In this document: one piece after another, positions 1-7,553 of the stretch
Position numbering within the stretch: the stretch's first letter is position 1
Layout of the letters: every line of letters starts with the position of its first letter
IMG/VR virus record: IMGVR_UViG_3300009433_000054
Location: 1 to 24,045 of that record
Direction: 5' to 3' (one strand)
Length of the DNA: 24,045 bases
DNA from: a virus
Lineage: Duplodnaviria; Caudoviricetes
The notes under the pieces: model-generated
What the model was told of the DNA's origin: nothing
Seen by the model: only the letters and a program-made list of their open reading frames with translations
Databases searched by the model: none
Made by a program: the position numbers and the translations under genes

Positions 1-2
1 GC

Positions 3-398
3 AAGAAGATCAAGTATACAAAGCAAAGAGCTGATAGAATTTGTGAGCTCTTAAAGATTGGTTGTACTATTGAGATCGCTTGTAGAGCGGCAAGAATATC
101 TACTCGCACTTTTAGTCGATGGAAGAAAGACATTCCAGAATTTAGAGAGAGGGTGGAGGCTGATGAGATCTTTATTGAGCCGATGCTTTTAGAGAAGTTA
201 ATAGAGCACGGTATCACAGACTGGCGAGCTTTGGCCTGGATACTCGAGAGAAGATTCCCGGCGAGATGGGGAGCTAAGCAAGAAGTCAAGTTAGAAGTCG
301 AGAAGAGTAATGGGACTCCTGAAGTATTAGGAATGTTACAGCAAGTACAAGCCAAATTAAAAACCCCCATCAGTACGCAAGATACTGATGAGGGTTAA
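3..398 (+). CDS. terS: Terminase small subunit, 5'-partial (frame is open from the window edge, so the GTG at 153 is not the true start)
   Basis: Frame 3..398 has no stop and reads KKIKYTKQRADRICELLKIGCTIEIACRAARISTRTFSRWKKDIPEFRERVE (HTH typical of TerS N-termini), then DWRALAWILERRFPARWG. It lies upstream of terL. Confidence 0.8.
   Translation, partial: KKIKYTKQRADRICELLKIGCTIEIACRAARISTRTFSRWKKDIPEFRERVEADEIFIEPMLLEKLIEHGITDWRALAWILERRFPARWGAKQEVKLEVEKSNGTPEVLGMLQQVQAKLKTPISTQDTDEG
352..396 (-). terminator. Intrinsic terminator-like hairpin on the minus strand, inside the terS 3' end
   Basis: Arms 362-375 and 383-396 pair around a 7-nt loop. The one + strand C/A mismatch (367/391) becomes a G-U pair on the minus strand. 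The minus strand reads CCCTCATCAGTA-TCTTGCG-TACTGATGGGGG-TTTTTAATTT. Confidence 0.65.
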
Positions 399-434
399 AC
401 ACATGTTACACACTTTATAACGAAAGGGTATACA

Positions 435-1544
435 ATGAATACATTAAACGAAACGAATTATCAAGACCTGCCGCTGGAAGTATTAAATGTAGATATTCAC
501 AACTCAGCTCTATTCATGTTCTTATCAATGTTGAAATGTTCTGTAATGGGGAACTATAAACTTAGAGAGAATGCATATGTAGCTAGAGAGTCAGTGTATC
601 AAGAAACTAAATACTTTGATGCTGTCTGGTATAATCCTAAAGACGAATGGGATCAGCTACTCATTGAAATGAAGACAAGAAAAGTAGGGGATCATGAGGT
701 GGAGTATATAGATAGAATTATTAAAGATGTAATGTCTAAGATAGGAGGTCTCTTAGGTCTTGAGCGTGTTTATATAGGAAGCTATGTAGTACCCATAATC
801 ATATACAAGAAGGCGCATAGGTCTTTTGATGGGCTTTGGAATGCAGACATGCTGATGATGTGGGGGAATAAGGAGTTTCATTGTAATGGCCCTATTTTAT
901 CTGTTAAAAAATGGCATTCAATTATTGCAAAAACTCATGATATTGATGACCTTATGGATACGTTAGATAAGGTATACCATGAGGAGATTCATGAGGAAAT
1001 CAACGATCGCAATGAGGTCCTTGCTGAAGAGGAGCAAGAGGAGCAAGAAGAACAAAAGGAGCAAGAGGATAATGAGGTTAAGGGAAAATCCATAGGATGG
1101 GGGAATGGTAGTCAGCCAGCAAGAGAAGAAAGGCGATTTAGTTTAACGGCTATAGCTTATATGGTAATGCACTATTTACTTAAGATAAATGACCAACTAG
1201 TTACGGTTGAAGAGATTTCAGAACGAGTTAAAAGACTCTCACATCCCCGCATACATAAAAACTTAAGACATCCATCATGGTGGAAAGAATCTTTACCAAA
1301 AATGATACGAGATGACTTAATCAAGATGGTCGCAGTAAATGATTTAGATACTTTTGAAGTAACTAAAGATAACATTATAAAGGGTGAGAACTCTCGAACT
1401 TTTTTTAACTTTAAGATAGAAGACTATCAGCTTCTAATAGAGTCAAAAGAAATGAGCGATGAGGAATTAGAGTGTTTAAAAATACCGTTATCGCAACATG
1501 AGCTAATCCGAGAAGAAGTCGAGAGGCTAAATGATTCTGAATGA
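435..1544 (+). CDS. Hypothetical protein: N-terminal PD-(D/E)XK nuclease-like domain, acidic linker, possible C-terminal winged-helix domain
   Basis: 369-aa ORF with SD-like AAAGGG at 423-428. Motif YFD(62)AVW...LLIE(78)MK(80), then an EEQ-rich linker and a helical segment (LTAIAYMVMHYLL...VTVEEISERV...LPKMIRDDLIKMV). It overlaps the terL start. Confidence 0.55.
   Translation: MNTLNETNYQDLPLEVLNVDIHNSALFMFLSMLKCSVMGNYKLRENAYVARESVYQETKYFDAVWYNPKDEWDQLLIEMKTRKVGDHEVEYIDRIIKDVMSKIGGLLGLERVYIGSYVVPIIIYKKAHRSFDGLWNADMLMMWGNKEFHCNGPILSVKKWHSIIAKTHDIDDLMDTLDKVYHEEIHEEINDRNEVLAEEEQEEQEEQKEQEDNEVKGKSIGWGNGSQPAREERRFSLTAIAYMVMHYLLKINDQLVTVEEISERVKRLSHPRIHKNLRHPSWWKESLPKMIRDDLIKMVAVNDLDTFEVTKDNIIKGENSRTFFNFKIEDYQLLIESKEMSDEELECLKIPLSQHELIREEVERLNDSE
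457..486 (-). promoter_or_regulatory. Candidate antisense sigma70-type promoter pointing toward the minus-strand terminator
   Basis: Minus strand TTAATA (486-481), 18-nt spacer, GATAAT (462-457). The -35 is weak and the DNA is AT-rich, so a chance match is possible. Confidence 0.3.
978..1064 (+). repeat. Short in-frame coding repeats in the linker (HEEI x2; EEQ x3 plus KEQ)
   Basis: catgaggagatt/catgaggaaatc at 978-1001, and 9-nt GAGGAGCAA-type units at 1029-1064. Confidence 0.7.
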
Positions 1545-2889
1545 GCTACAGCTATCTATAATCCAAGGGATAGCTAACAAGGATAAGATCATAGCGGCTC
1601 GCTGTGGGTGGGGGAGTGGAAAGACTTCGTCGTTAGTTTTCTCTATGTTATTCATTAGCAAGATAAGGCCAGGACGATCTAGCTTGATGGTCACAGATAC
1701 GACTCCAAGATATAACAGTGTGCTTATGCCAGAGATGGAGAAGTGGCTAATACCACTTGGCTGGACATACAATCACGGTAATAAATTATGGACCGATATT
1801 CATACAGGATCAACTGTATGGTGTAGGTCTTATTATAGGCCTGGCACTAGGGACGCTACCCACAATCCTTTAGAGGGTTTAAATGTAACTAGTGGGGTTT
1901 GCTTAATTGATGAATGTCAGACCCTTACTAGCGAGGTCGCTCATAAAGCATTGGGACGTTTAAGAAGTGGACCTAGTCCCATCATGATCCTAGTAGGCTT
2001 ACCTGTCATCGATGCATGGTGGTGCAAGTTAGCCGAGGTGGCAAACTGTCAGCCGCTCTTCTTCTCATCATATGTTAATCAAGACAATCTAAGTGATGAA
2101 TGGTTTGAGGCGACTAAGCTACTTCCTCCTGATGAGAGGGAGGCTATGGTTATGAATCGGCCCAAGCCTCCAAGTGGTTTGGTCTATGGAGAGTTTAGTC
2201 CAGATAGGCATATCATTGATGACTTTGTTTATCATCCTTCAATGACTGGGCGTATCTCTATCGACTGGGGATTTAGGAAGCCATCAGTATTGATAATTGT
2301 TTATGATGAAGAGCGAGAGGCTAGTGTGATAATCCATGAGATCAATCCTAAGGAGGTTACTATAGAGCAGCTAAGTCAAATGATTCTTAGTATAGCTTGG
2401 CCAAGGTCAATTCAGTCAAGCGCACCATCTGCAAGGATATGGCTTGATACAGGAGTAGCAGACAAAGCAGGTAAGGCAAGAAGTGACCACACAGGACTCT
2501 CAGCATTTAGAGTGATTAGGTCTCAACCGGAGCAAGGTGGTATAGGGCTTCCTCTAAGGTCGACGACTGACCCAGTGAGGATTGACATACTCAACGGAGT
2601 ACAAAGGCTTAAACGTGCTTTCAACTCTAATAAGTATTTGATTACTCGGAAGGTATGGGAACGTGGCGAGCGAGTGTCTGGTAACTCATTACGTAAAGCA
2701 TTACTAAGTTATGCATGGGACAAAAAAGAGCAGCCAAAAAAGGATGGTCGAGAGGACCCCCTAGACGCCTTAAGATATGACTGTATCTTTCATCATTGGA
2801 CAGATTCAAATAGAACATATCAAAAGAACTCAACGGCAGCGAGAGGTCGCAAAGTTAAAGTAGGATCATCAAAGAGAAGGGATTTTTAA
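1531..2889 (+). CDS. terL: Terminase large subunit
   Basis: Walker A GWGSGKT (1606-1626), Walker B VCLIDE, RNase H-like nuclease motifs SIDWGFRKPS and EDPLDALRY; 452 aa, upstream of the portal. Confidence 0.93.
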   Translation: MILNELQLSIIQGIANKDKIIAARCGWGSGKTSSLVFSMLFISKIRPGRSSLMVTDTTPRYNSVLMPEMEKWLIPLGWTYNHGNKLWTDIHTGSTVWCRSYYRPGTRDATHNPLEGLNVTSGVCLIDECQTLTSEVAHKALGRLRSGPSPIMILVGLPVIDAWWCKLAEVANCQPLFFSSYVNQDNLSDEWFEATKLLPPDEREAMVMNRPKPPSGLVYGEFSPDRHIIDDFVYHPSMTGRISIDWGFRKPSVLIIVYDEEREASVIIHEINPKEVTIEQLSQMILSIAWPRSIQSSAPSARIWLDTGVADKAGKARSDHTGLSAFRVIRSQPEQGGIGLPLRSTTDPVRIDILNGVQRLKRAFNSNKYLITRKVWERGERVSGNSLRKALLSYAWDKKEQPKKDGREDPLDALRYDCIFHHWTDSNRTYQKNSTAARGRKVKVGSSKRRDF

Positions 2890-3056
2890 TGAAGCAAAGT
2901 ACAGTCAATACAATCGTATTATTATCAAAACATCTAATCACAGATCCGGCCAAACGTTGCACTCTTGAAGAGTGTCTTGATTCGATTAGATTATTTAACT
3001 TGGTCGTAAGCACACTCATAGAAAGTGAAGAGCAGAGTCTTAATGATGATGATTAA
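2889..3056 (+). CDS. Small hypothetical protein, 55 aa (absent from the ORF track)
   Basis: ATG overlaps the terL stop (TAATG) with purine-rich GAGAAGGGA upstream. Translation: MKQSTVNTIVLLSKHLITDPAKRCTLEECLDSIRLFNLVVSTLIESEEQSLNDDD. It fills the gap before the promoter. Confidence 0.65.
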   Translation: MKQSTVNTIVLLSKHLITDPAKRCTLEECLDSIRLFNLVVSTLIESEEQSLNDDD

Positions 3057-3078
3057 ATAGTTATCAAAAATATAACAT

Positions 3079-3107
3079 TTGACAAATAGTAGTATCAAAA
3101 TGATAAT
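3079..3107 (+). promoter_or_regulatory. Sigma70-type promoter for the head-tail operon, with an overlapping inverted repeat
   Basis: TTGACA (3079-3084), 17-nt spacer, GATAAT (3102-3107), in the only sizeable intergenic gap. The palindrome TATCA-AAA-TGATA (3093-3105) overlaps the -10. Confidence 0.8.
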
Positions 3108-3142
3108 ATACCCACGCGAGATAAAAACTTGTGGGGTCAACA

Positions 3143-4555
3143 ATGGATCAAAGTACACGCAAGCCTAAACACTTAAGGGCATTCCATCCTAGATTTAAGA
3201 CCCTAGGTATCACTGGGACTCAGCTGTCTGGTGGAACGATTTCAGGCTATGAGCAAAATGCACAGCTCACAGGATTGTCTTGGGTAAGAGCTGCTGAGGA
3301 GATGTTAAGAACGGATCCAGTGGTGAGACGATCTTGGCACATGTTGAGACAGACTTTGCTATCTGCGACTTGGCGATTTGAAGCAGGTCTTGAAGGTGAT
3401 CCACTGAGCGAAGAGTTAGCACGTTACTCTAATGAAGCGTTTGGCTTCGATGGCAATAGTGGACAGATGTCTATTAGCTGGGAAGAGCAACTGGGTTATT
3501 TATTCGAGTATGTAACTATTGGCTATAGATATGCAGAGGAAGTATATAAGATTGGTTGTGACTCACAGGGTAATGTTAAAGTCTTTCTAGACTACTTTGC
3601 AGATAGAGAACCATCTGCTCACAATGAATGGCTGTCTAGAGATGGTCAACACTTAGATGGCATAGTCCAAAATACTATAGGCATCGGTAAGACTCCTAGA
3701 CCGATCCCAGCGAACAAACTTTTATTATTAACATTAAATAGGACCGGGTCCAACTTCGAAGGAATTGGAATGCTTCGACCTGTTTGGTGGTGGTGGAGAA
3801 CAAAGCAGAGAGTATCAAATCTCATGTGTGTTGGTTTGGATCGTTGGGCGGTTCCTACTCCTAAAGTCATTGTTGACAGATCACAAGCTGAAGCCCTCGG
3901 TCTTACTGATGGCGACATTGATGCAATGGTTAATGATGCCGAACTACAAGCTCAAGCCTTCCTGGCTGCTGAACAATCTTATCTTGTTGAAAACAGTGCA
4001 GTGAAATTTGATTCATATGCAGCAGCCCCAAATCTTTACGCCCAAGGCCCTCTCGACATAATCAAAGAATGCGATAATCAAATCAGCCAAGCCTTCTTAG
4101 CTCAGTTTGCTAACCTAGGGATAAGCGATACAGGCTCCCGGTCAGTAGGTGAAATACACTTATCAGTCTTTAGGAGAGCAGCTATTAATCTATGTGACGT
4201 TGTAGCTAGCCAAGTCAGTGGACCAGACCGCCGTGGTGGTGGAACCATTGGAAGGCTGATAAGGTTTAACTATGGAACTGTCGATACTGGCAAACTACCA
4301 CGCCTTACTCATTCCGGACTTGATACTGATGACTTAGCTCAATCTATGGGAATGCTGGGGCCGCTTGTTCAATTTGGATTACTGACACCTGACGACGAAC
4401 TTGAGCGAGCTATTAGAGAAAGACTAGGAGCTGGCGACTTACCAGAGGACGCTCATCGGTCTTCACTAGAAAGAACTGCTAACGCTTCGGGATCTGGTGG
4501 AGCGGCTGTGCTTGCTGAGCAACTCATTAAGAGGAGGCGCAAAAATGGCAAGTAA
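3143..4555 (+). CDS. Portal protein, Mu gp29/DUF935-like
   Basis: Motifs MLRTDPVV...LLSATWRF, GYRYAEEVY, NFEGIGMLRPVWWWW..K, LDRWAVPTP and CDNQISQAFLAQ...GSRSVGEIH match my recollection of DUF935 portals. ATG 3143 is preferred over GTG 3131 because GGGGT lies just upstream of it. Confidence 0.85.
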   Translation: MDQSTRKPKHLRAFHPRFKTLGITGTQLSGGTISGYEQNAQLTGLSWVRAAEEMLRTDPVVRRSWHMLRQTLLSATWRFEAGLEGDPLSEELARYSNEAFGFDGNSGQMSISWEEQLGYLFEYVTIGYRYAEEVYKIGCDSQGNVKVFLDYFADREPSAHNEWLSRDGQHLDGIVQNTIGIGKTPRPIPANKLLLLTLNRTGSNFEGIGMLRPVWWWWRTKQRVSNLMCVGLDRWAVPTPKVIVDRSQAEALGLTDGDIDAMVNDAELQAQAFLAAEQSYLVENSAVKFDSYAAAPNLYAQGPLDIIKECDNQISQAFLAQFANLGISDTGSRSVGEIHLSVFRRAAINLCDVVASQVSGPDRRGGGTIGRLIRFNYGTVDTGKLPRLTHSGLDTDDLAQSMGMLGPLVQFGLLTPDDELERAIRERLGAGDLPEDAHRSSLERTANASGSGGAAVLAEQLIKRRRKNGK

Positions 4556-6140
4556 AAAGATTAAACGAAGAAAGCAGAAAGCTTATGTAACTAATACTAT
4601 TCTGTCTATTCCAGACAAGTATTCACATATTGACTTTACACCACCAAAGAAAGCAAGCGAAGCCGCAGAGCGAGCCTTAAGACGTAGAGCCAAAAAGCCT
4701 CCAAGTCAAAGAGGCATGACGGCAATAGGACTCGCTCGAGCTAGAGATTTAATCAATAGAAAGCAATTGTCACCTAAGACAGTCAAACGGATGCTAGCTT
4801 ACTTCACACGCCATGAGATCGATAAACGAGGATCAACATGGGACGACTATGGCAAGGGCCGTCAAGCGTGGGACGGATGGGGTGGAGATGCTGGCTTTGC
4901 CTTTGCTAGAAAAGTGGTTAAACAAATGAATGCAGCAGACGAGAAAACTAATAAGCTAAGAGCTTATGGAGAAGCAATACAGTTAAATGCATCTAATGAC
5001 TACGAGGTCCCGGAGGGTCTGACAGTTGGTCAATCCTTTAAGACCTTATCATTAGGTCAAGTATCATCTAGAATGAGCGGCGATCAGATTGGTAAGACAA
5101 TAGATCAAGACTTACTGGATGAACTTGTAAGGGTATTTAATGAGCGCAAGATTAATGATCCTGTGATCATCGATTGGCAGCATGCAACATCTCCCTTCCA
5201 AGGAGGTACACCAGCCCCACCTGATACAGGTATGGCGCTCGGTATGATCATAGATCTTGAAGTGAAGAGCGACGGACTTTATGCAATCCCTGCTTATAAT
5301 GAAGAGGGCTTAAAAGTAGTTGAGAAGTCTGGGGGAATCCTTTGGAGTTCACCAGAGTATATTCACGGCGAGATATTTACTAGAGATGGAGGGGACAAAG
5401 TTGGAGATGCTCAACTATTAGCTATCACTCTTACTCCTCGCCCAGCTCAATCCCATAACAAAATAGACAGAGTCACTTTATCCGAGGAGATAATAATGGA
5501 TGATCAAGTCAAAGAGTTAACAGCCAAGCTCGAGGCAAGTGATGAACTTGTTAAAGAGCTACAAGCTAAAATTGAAGAGATGAAGTCTGAGCAAGATGCC
5601 GTCATGAGTACAGAGTACAAAGATGATGAGAAACTTGCTGAGTCTGATGACAATGAAAAGCAAGCTGAGTCTGATGACGATGAAAAGCAAGCTGAGTCTG
5701 ATGAAGAAAAAGACAAAGACAAAGTCAAGATGTCTGAGTCATTCTCTAAAGACATTTCATTACTTTCTGAAGTGCAATCATTACGCGAATCAGTAAAGAA
5801 ACTAGAAGCTGAAAACACTAAGATTAAATGTGATGAGGCTGTTAGTGCTTTATTGCGCGAAGGTAAGATCAGCGTAGCAGAAAAAGACGTCGCTTCTAAA
5901 GCATGGAATATTAAAGGACTTCAACCGGAGTTCTGGTCAATGTTTAGCGAGCGTCAAGCTAACACAAGCGTCCCCCTTCAAGAGGTGGGCCATGGTGCAA
6001 GCGGTCAAGAGATCAGCAAAAAGACACTTGATTTAAAAGTACGCTCTTTAGCTGAAGAAAAATCAATTAATTATAGTGACGCTCTAAACTTATTTAGAGA
6101 ACAAAATCCAGACTTTTATCGTCAAGCTTTCGGAGGATAA
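4545..6140 (+). CDS. Prohead protease-scaffold fusion (Mu gpI-like) with an extra basic N-terminal domain
   Basis: SD GAGGAGG (4531-4537) precedes ATG 4545. Protease motifs PVIIDWQHAT, DGLYA, WSSPEY and LLAITLTPRPA; acidic coiled-coil C-terminal half ending in a helical capsid-binding-like tail. Confidence 0.85.
   Translation: MASKKIKRRKQKAYVTNTILSIPDKYSHIDFTPPKKASEAAERALRRRAKKPPSQRGMTAIGLARARDLINRKQLSPKTVKRMLAYFTRHEIDKRGSTWDDYGKGRQAWDGWGGDAGFAFARKVVKQMNAADEKTNKLRAYGEAIQLNASNDYEVPEGLTVGQSFKTLSLGQVSSRMSGDQIGKTIDQDLLDELVRVFNERKINDPVIIDWQHATSPFQGGTPAPPDTGMALGMIIDLEVKSDGLYAIPAYNEEGLKVVEKSGGILWSSPEYIHGEIFTRDGGDKVGDAQLLAITLTPRPAQSHNKIDRVTLSEEIIMDDQVKELTAKLEASDELVKELQAKIEEMKSEQDAVMSTEYKDDEKLAESDDNEKQAESDDDEKQAESDEEKDKDKVKMSESFSKDISLLSEVQSLRESVKKLEAENTKIKCDEAVSALLREGKISVAEKDVASKAWNIKGLQPEFWSMFSERQANTSVPLQEVGHGASGQEISKKTLDLKVRSLAEEKSINYSDALNLFREQNPDFYRQAFGG
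5496..6140 (+). CDS. Nested in-frame scaffolding protein (214 aa) from an internal start
   Basis: GAGGAG (5484-5489) lies 6 nt before in-frame ATG 5496, exactly at the protease/coiled-coil boundary, like Mu I/Z and lambda C/Nu3. Confidence 0.7.
   Translation: MDDQVKELTAKLEASDELVKELQAKIEEMKSEQDAVMSTEYKDDEKLAESDDNEKQAESDDDEKQAESDEEKDKDKVKMSESFSKDISLLSEVQSLRESVKKLEAENTKIKCDEAVSALLREGKISVAEKDVASKAWNIKGLQPEFWSMFSERQANTSVPLQEVGHGASGQEISKKTLDLKVRSLAEEKSINYSDALNLFREQNPDFYRQAFGG
5637..5704 (+). repeat. 27-nt tandem repeat (about 2.5 copies) encoding AESDD(N/D)EKQ in the scaffold
   Basis: gctgagtctgatgac(a/g)atgaaaagcaa at 5637-5663 and 5664-5690, with a partial copy at 5691-5704. Confidence 0.9.
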
Positions 6141-6142
6141 TC

Positions 6143-6526
6143 ATGGCTAATACAAAAATCATAAAATCATATATTGCAGCAAGTACAATTACTGAGTTCG
6201 CTTTAGTCTCAGTTGATGTTAATGGAAAGATCGCTGTAACTACGGCAGGTAATGACGTGACTTGTACCGGTGTAGCTCAAAGAGCAGCTGTAGCCGGTGA
6301 CTCGGTTGACGTTGTAACGTTCGGCGAGACTCGAGTTATTGCAGGTGGAGCTATTGCACCAGCTACAGAACCTCGTTTATCTGCTCATACAGGCGGGACT
6401 GTAACAGCAGCTTCAGCAGGTCGTTACCCAGTAGCTCGCATCATTCCAAACATTAACCAAGTCTCAGCGGCTACAAACGATCAAATCTTAGTATTGTTTA
6501 CAGGCCCAACAGTAATACACGCTTAG
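6143..6526 (+). CDS. Capsid decoration/cement protein (DUF2190-like)
   Basis: 127 aa, Ala/Gly/Val/Thr-rich, GVAQRAAVAGDSVDVVTFGETRVIAGGAI pattern; lies between scaffold and capsid; SD GGAGGA. Confidence 0.8.
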   Translation: MANTKIIKSYIAASTITEFALVSVDVNGKIAVTTAGNDVTCTGVAQRAAVAGDSVDVVTFGETRVIAGGAIAPATEPRLSAHTGGTVTAASAGRYPVARIIPNINQVSAATNDQILVLFTGPTVIHA

Positions 6527-6535
6527 GAGTAAATC

Positions 6536-7540
6536 ATGGCAAGTTCATACAGTAATATACATCCAGTCGATCAGATCTTAACTAGCTTAATGAGTGATGT
6601 AGTCCCTAGCGACAGTCAACTCATAGCTAATGATATTCTAGAGAATGTTAATATTCCAGAAAGAAGTGGAACTTTTCTTTTAGAGAATAGCCGAAACTTT
6701 ATGGGAGCTGGTGTTGGTCTAGATTTAGAACGTGCGCCAGGTGCTGGTCGTGCTAATATCGGATCATTTGATAGAAGTAATTTAACATTTAAAGCTTTGA
6801 TCTACTCTGCTCAAGACTCTATTGCTATGGAAGACATTATTGATAGTCAATATCCAGGCGGTGAAGAAGCTCGCATTGCTAGAAAAGTAAGACGCGCAAT
6901 GATGCTCTCTAAAGAGAAGCGAGCGGCTGACTTGTTATTTGATACAGGCTCTTTTACTAATGATACATGTACTAACGTCATGGGCGGTAAAGTTGATGCG
7001 GCTGGTACTGATGGCTTAACAGGTCTTGATAAATTAAAAGATCTAATCTTTGCTCAAGCGCATGGAATTAATCCGGATACTCTTATCTTCGGTCGTGGTG
7101 TATTTCGTGCACTAGCACGTAATCCAGAGGTGCGAGGATATGCAGGTACAGCAAGCGCAGGTCTTGCGACTGGTAACATGATCTTAACAGATGAAGCGAC
7201 TAAGCAAGTATTACGAGATGTTCTAGGCATTCCTCATATTCATGTAGGAGAAGCTAGACGAGAGACAGCGGTACCAGGGGCGACTTCAAGCGAGTCTCAA
7301 ATCTGGAATACAGAATCAATCTTTTGTGGTATCCTTAAGGGCTCTGATGCAATCGTCCAAAAAAGTGGCAACGTTAAAGGCATGCCAGTGGCAGCTCTTA
7401 ACTTCTCATTTGGTGGAATGGTTGCGGGTCAATATGATTCTTTAGATGCAACTCGTCGCTATGTTTATGCTGAAGAAGTGCAACAATTTAAAGCGATCGA
7501 CTCAACGCTTGGTTACATCTTGACAGACTGTCTAGTGTAA
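6536..7540 (+). CDS. Major capsid protein (HK97 fold inferred)
   Basis: 334 aa, following protease and decoration genes; SD TAGGAG; motifs HPVDQILTSL, KEKRAADLLF and GINPDTLIFGRGVFRALARNPEV. Confidence 0.85.
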   Translation: MASSYSNIHPVDQILTSLMSDVVPSDSQLIANDILENVNIPERSGTFLLENSRNFMGAGVGLDLERAPGAGRANIGSFDRSNLTFKALIYSAQDSIAMEDIIDSQYPGGEEARIARKVRRAMMLSKEKRAADLLFDTGSFTNDTCTNVMGGKVDAAGTDGLTGLDKLKDLIFAQAHGINPDTLIFGRGVFRALARNPEVRGYAGTASAGLATGNMILTDEATKQVLRDVLGIPHIHVGEARRETAVPGATSSESQIWNTESIFCGILKGSDAIVQKSGNVKGMPVAALNFSFGGMVAGQYDSLDATRRYVYAEEVQQFKAIDSTLGYILTDCLV

Positions 7541-7553
7541 GCAAAGGTTTAAC

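Noticed and set aside
399-1544. Group I intron or intein carrying the nuclease-like ORF
   Set aside because: terS ends with its own stop, terL begins with an intact ATPase N-terminus, and there is no non-coding room for intron structure. The ORF appears free-standing.
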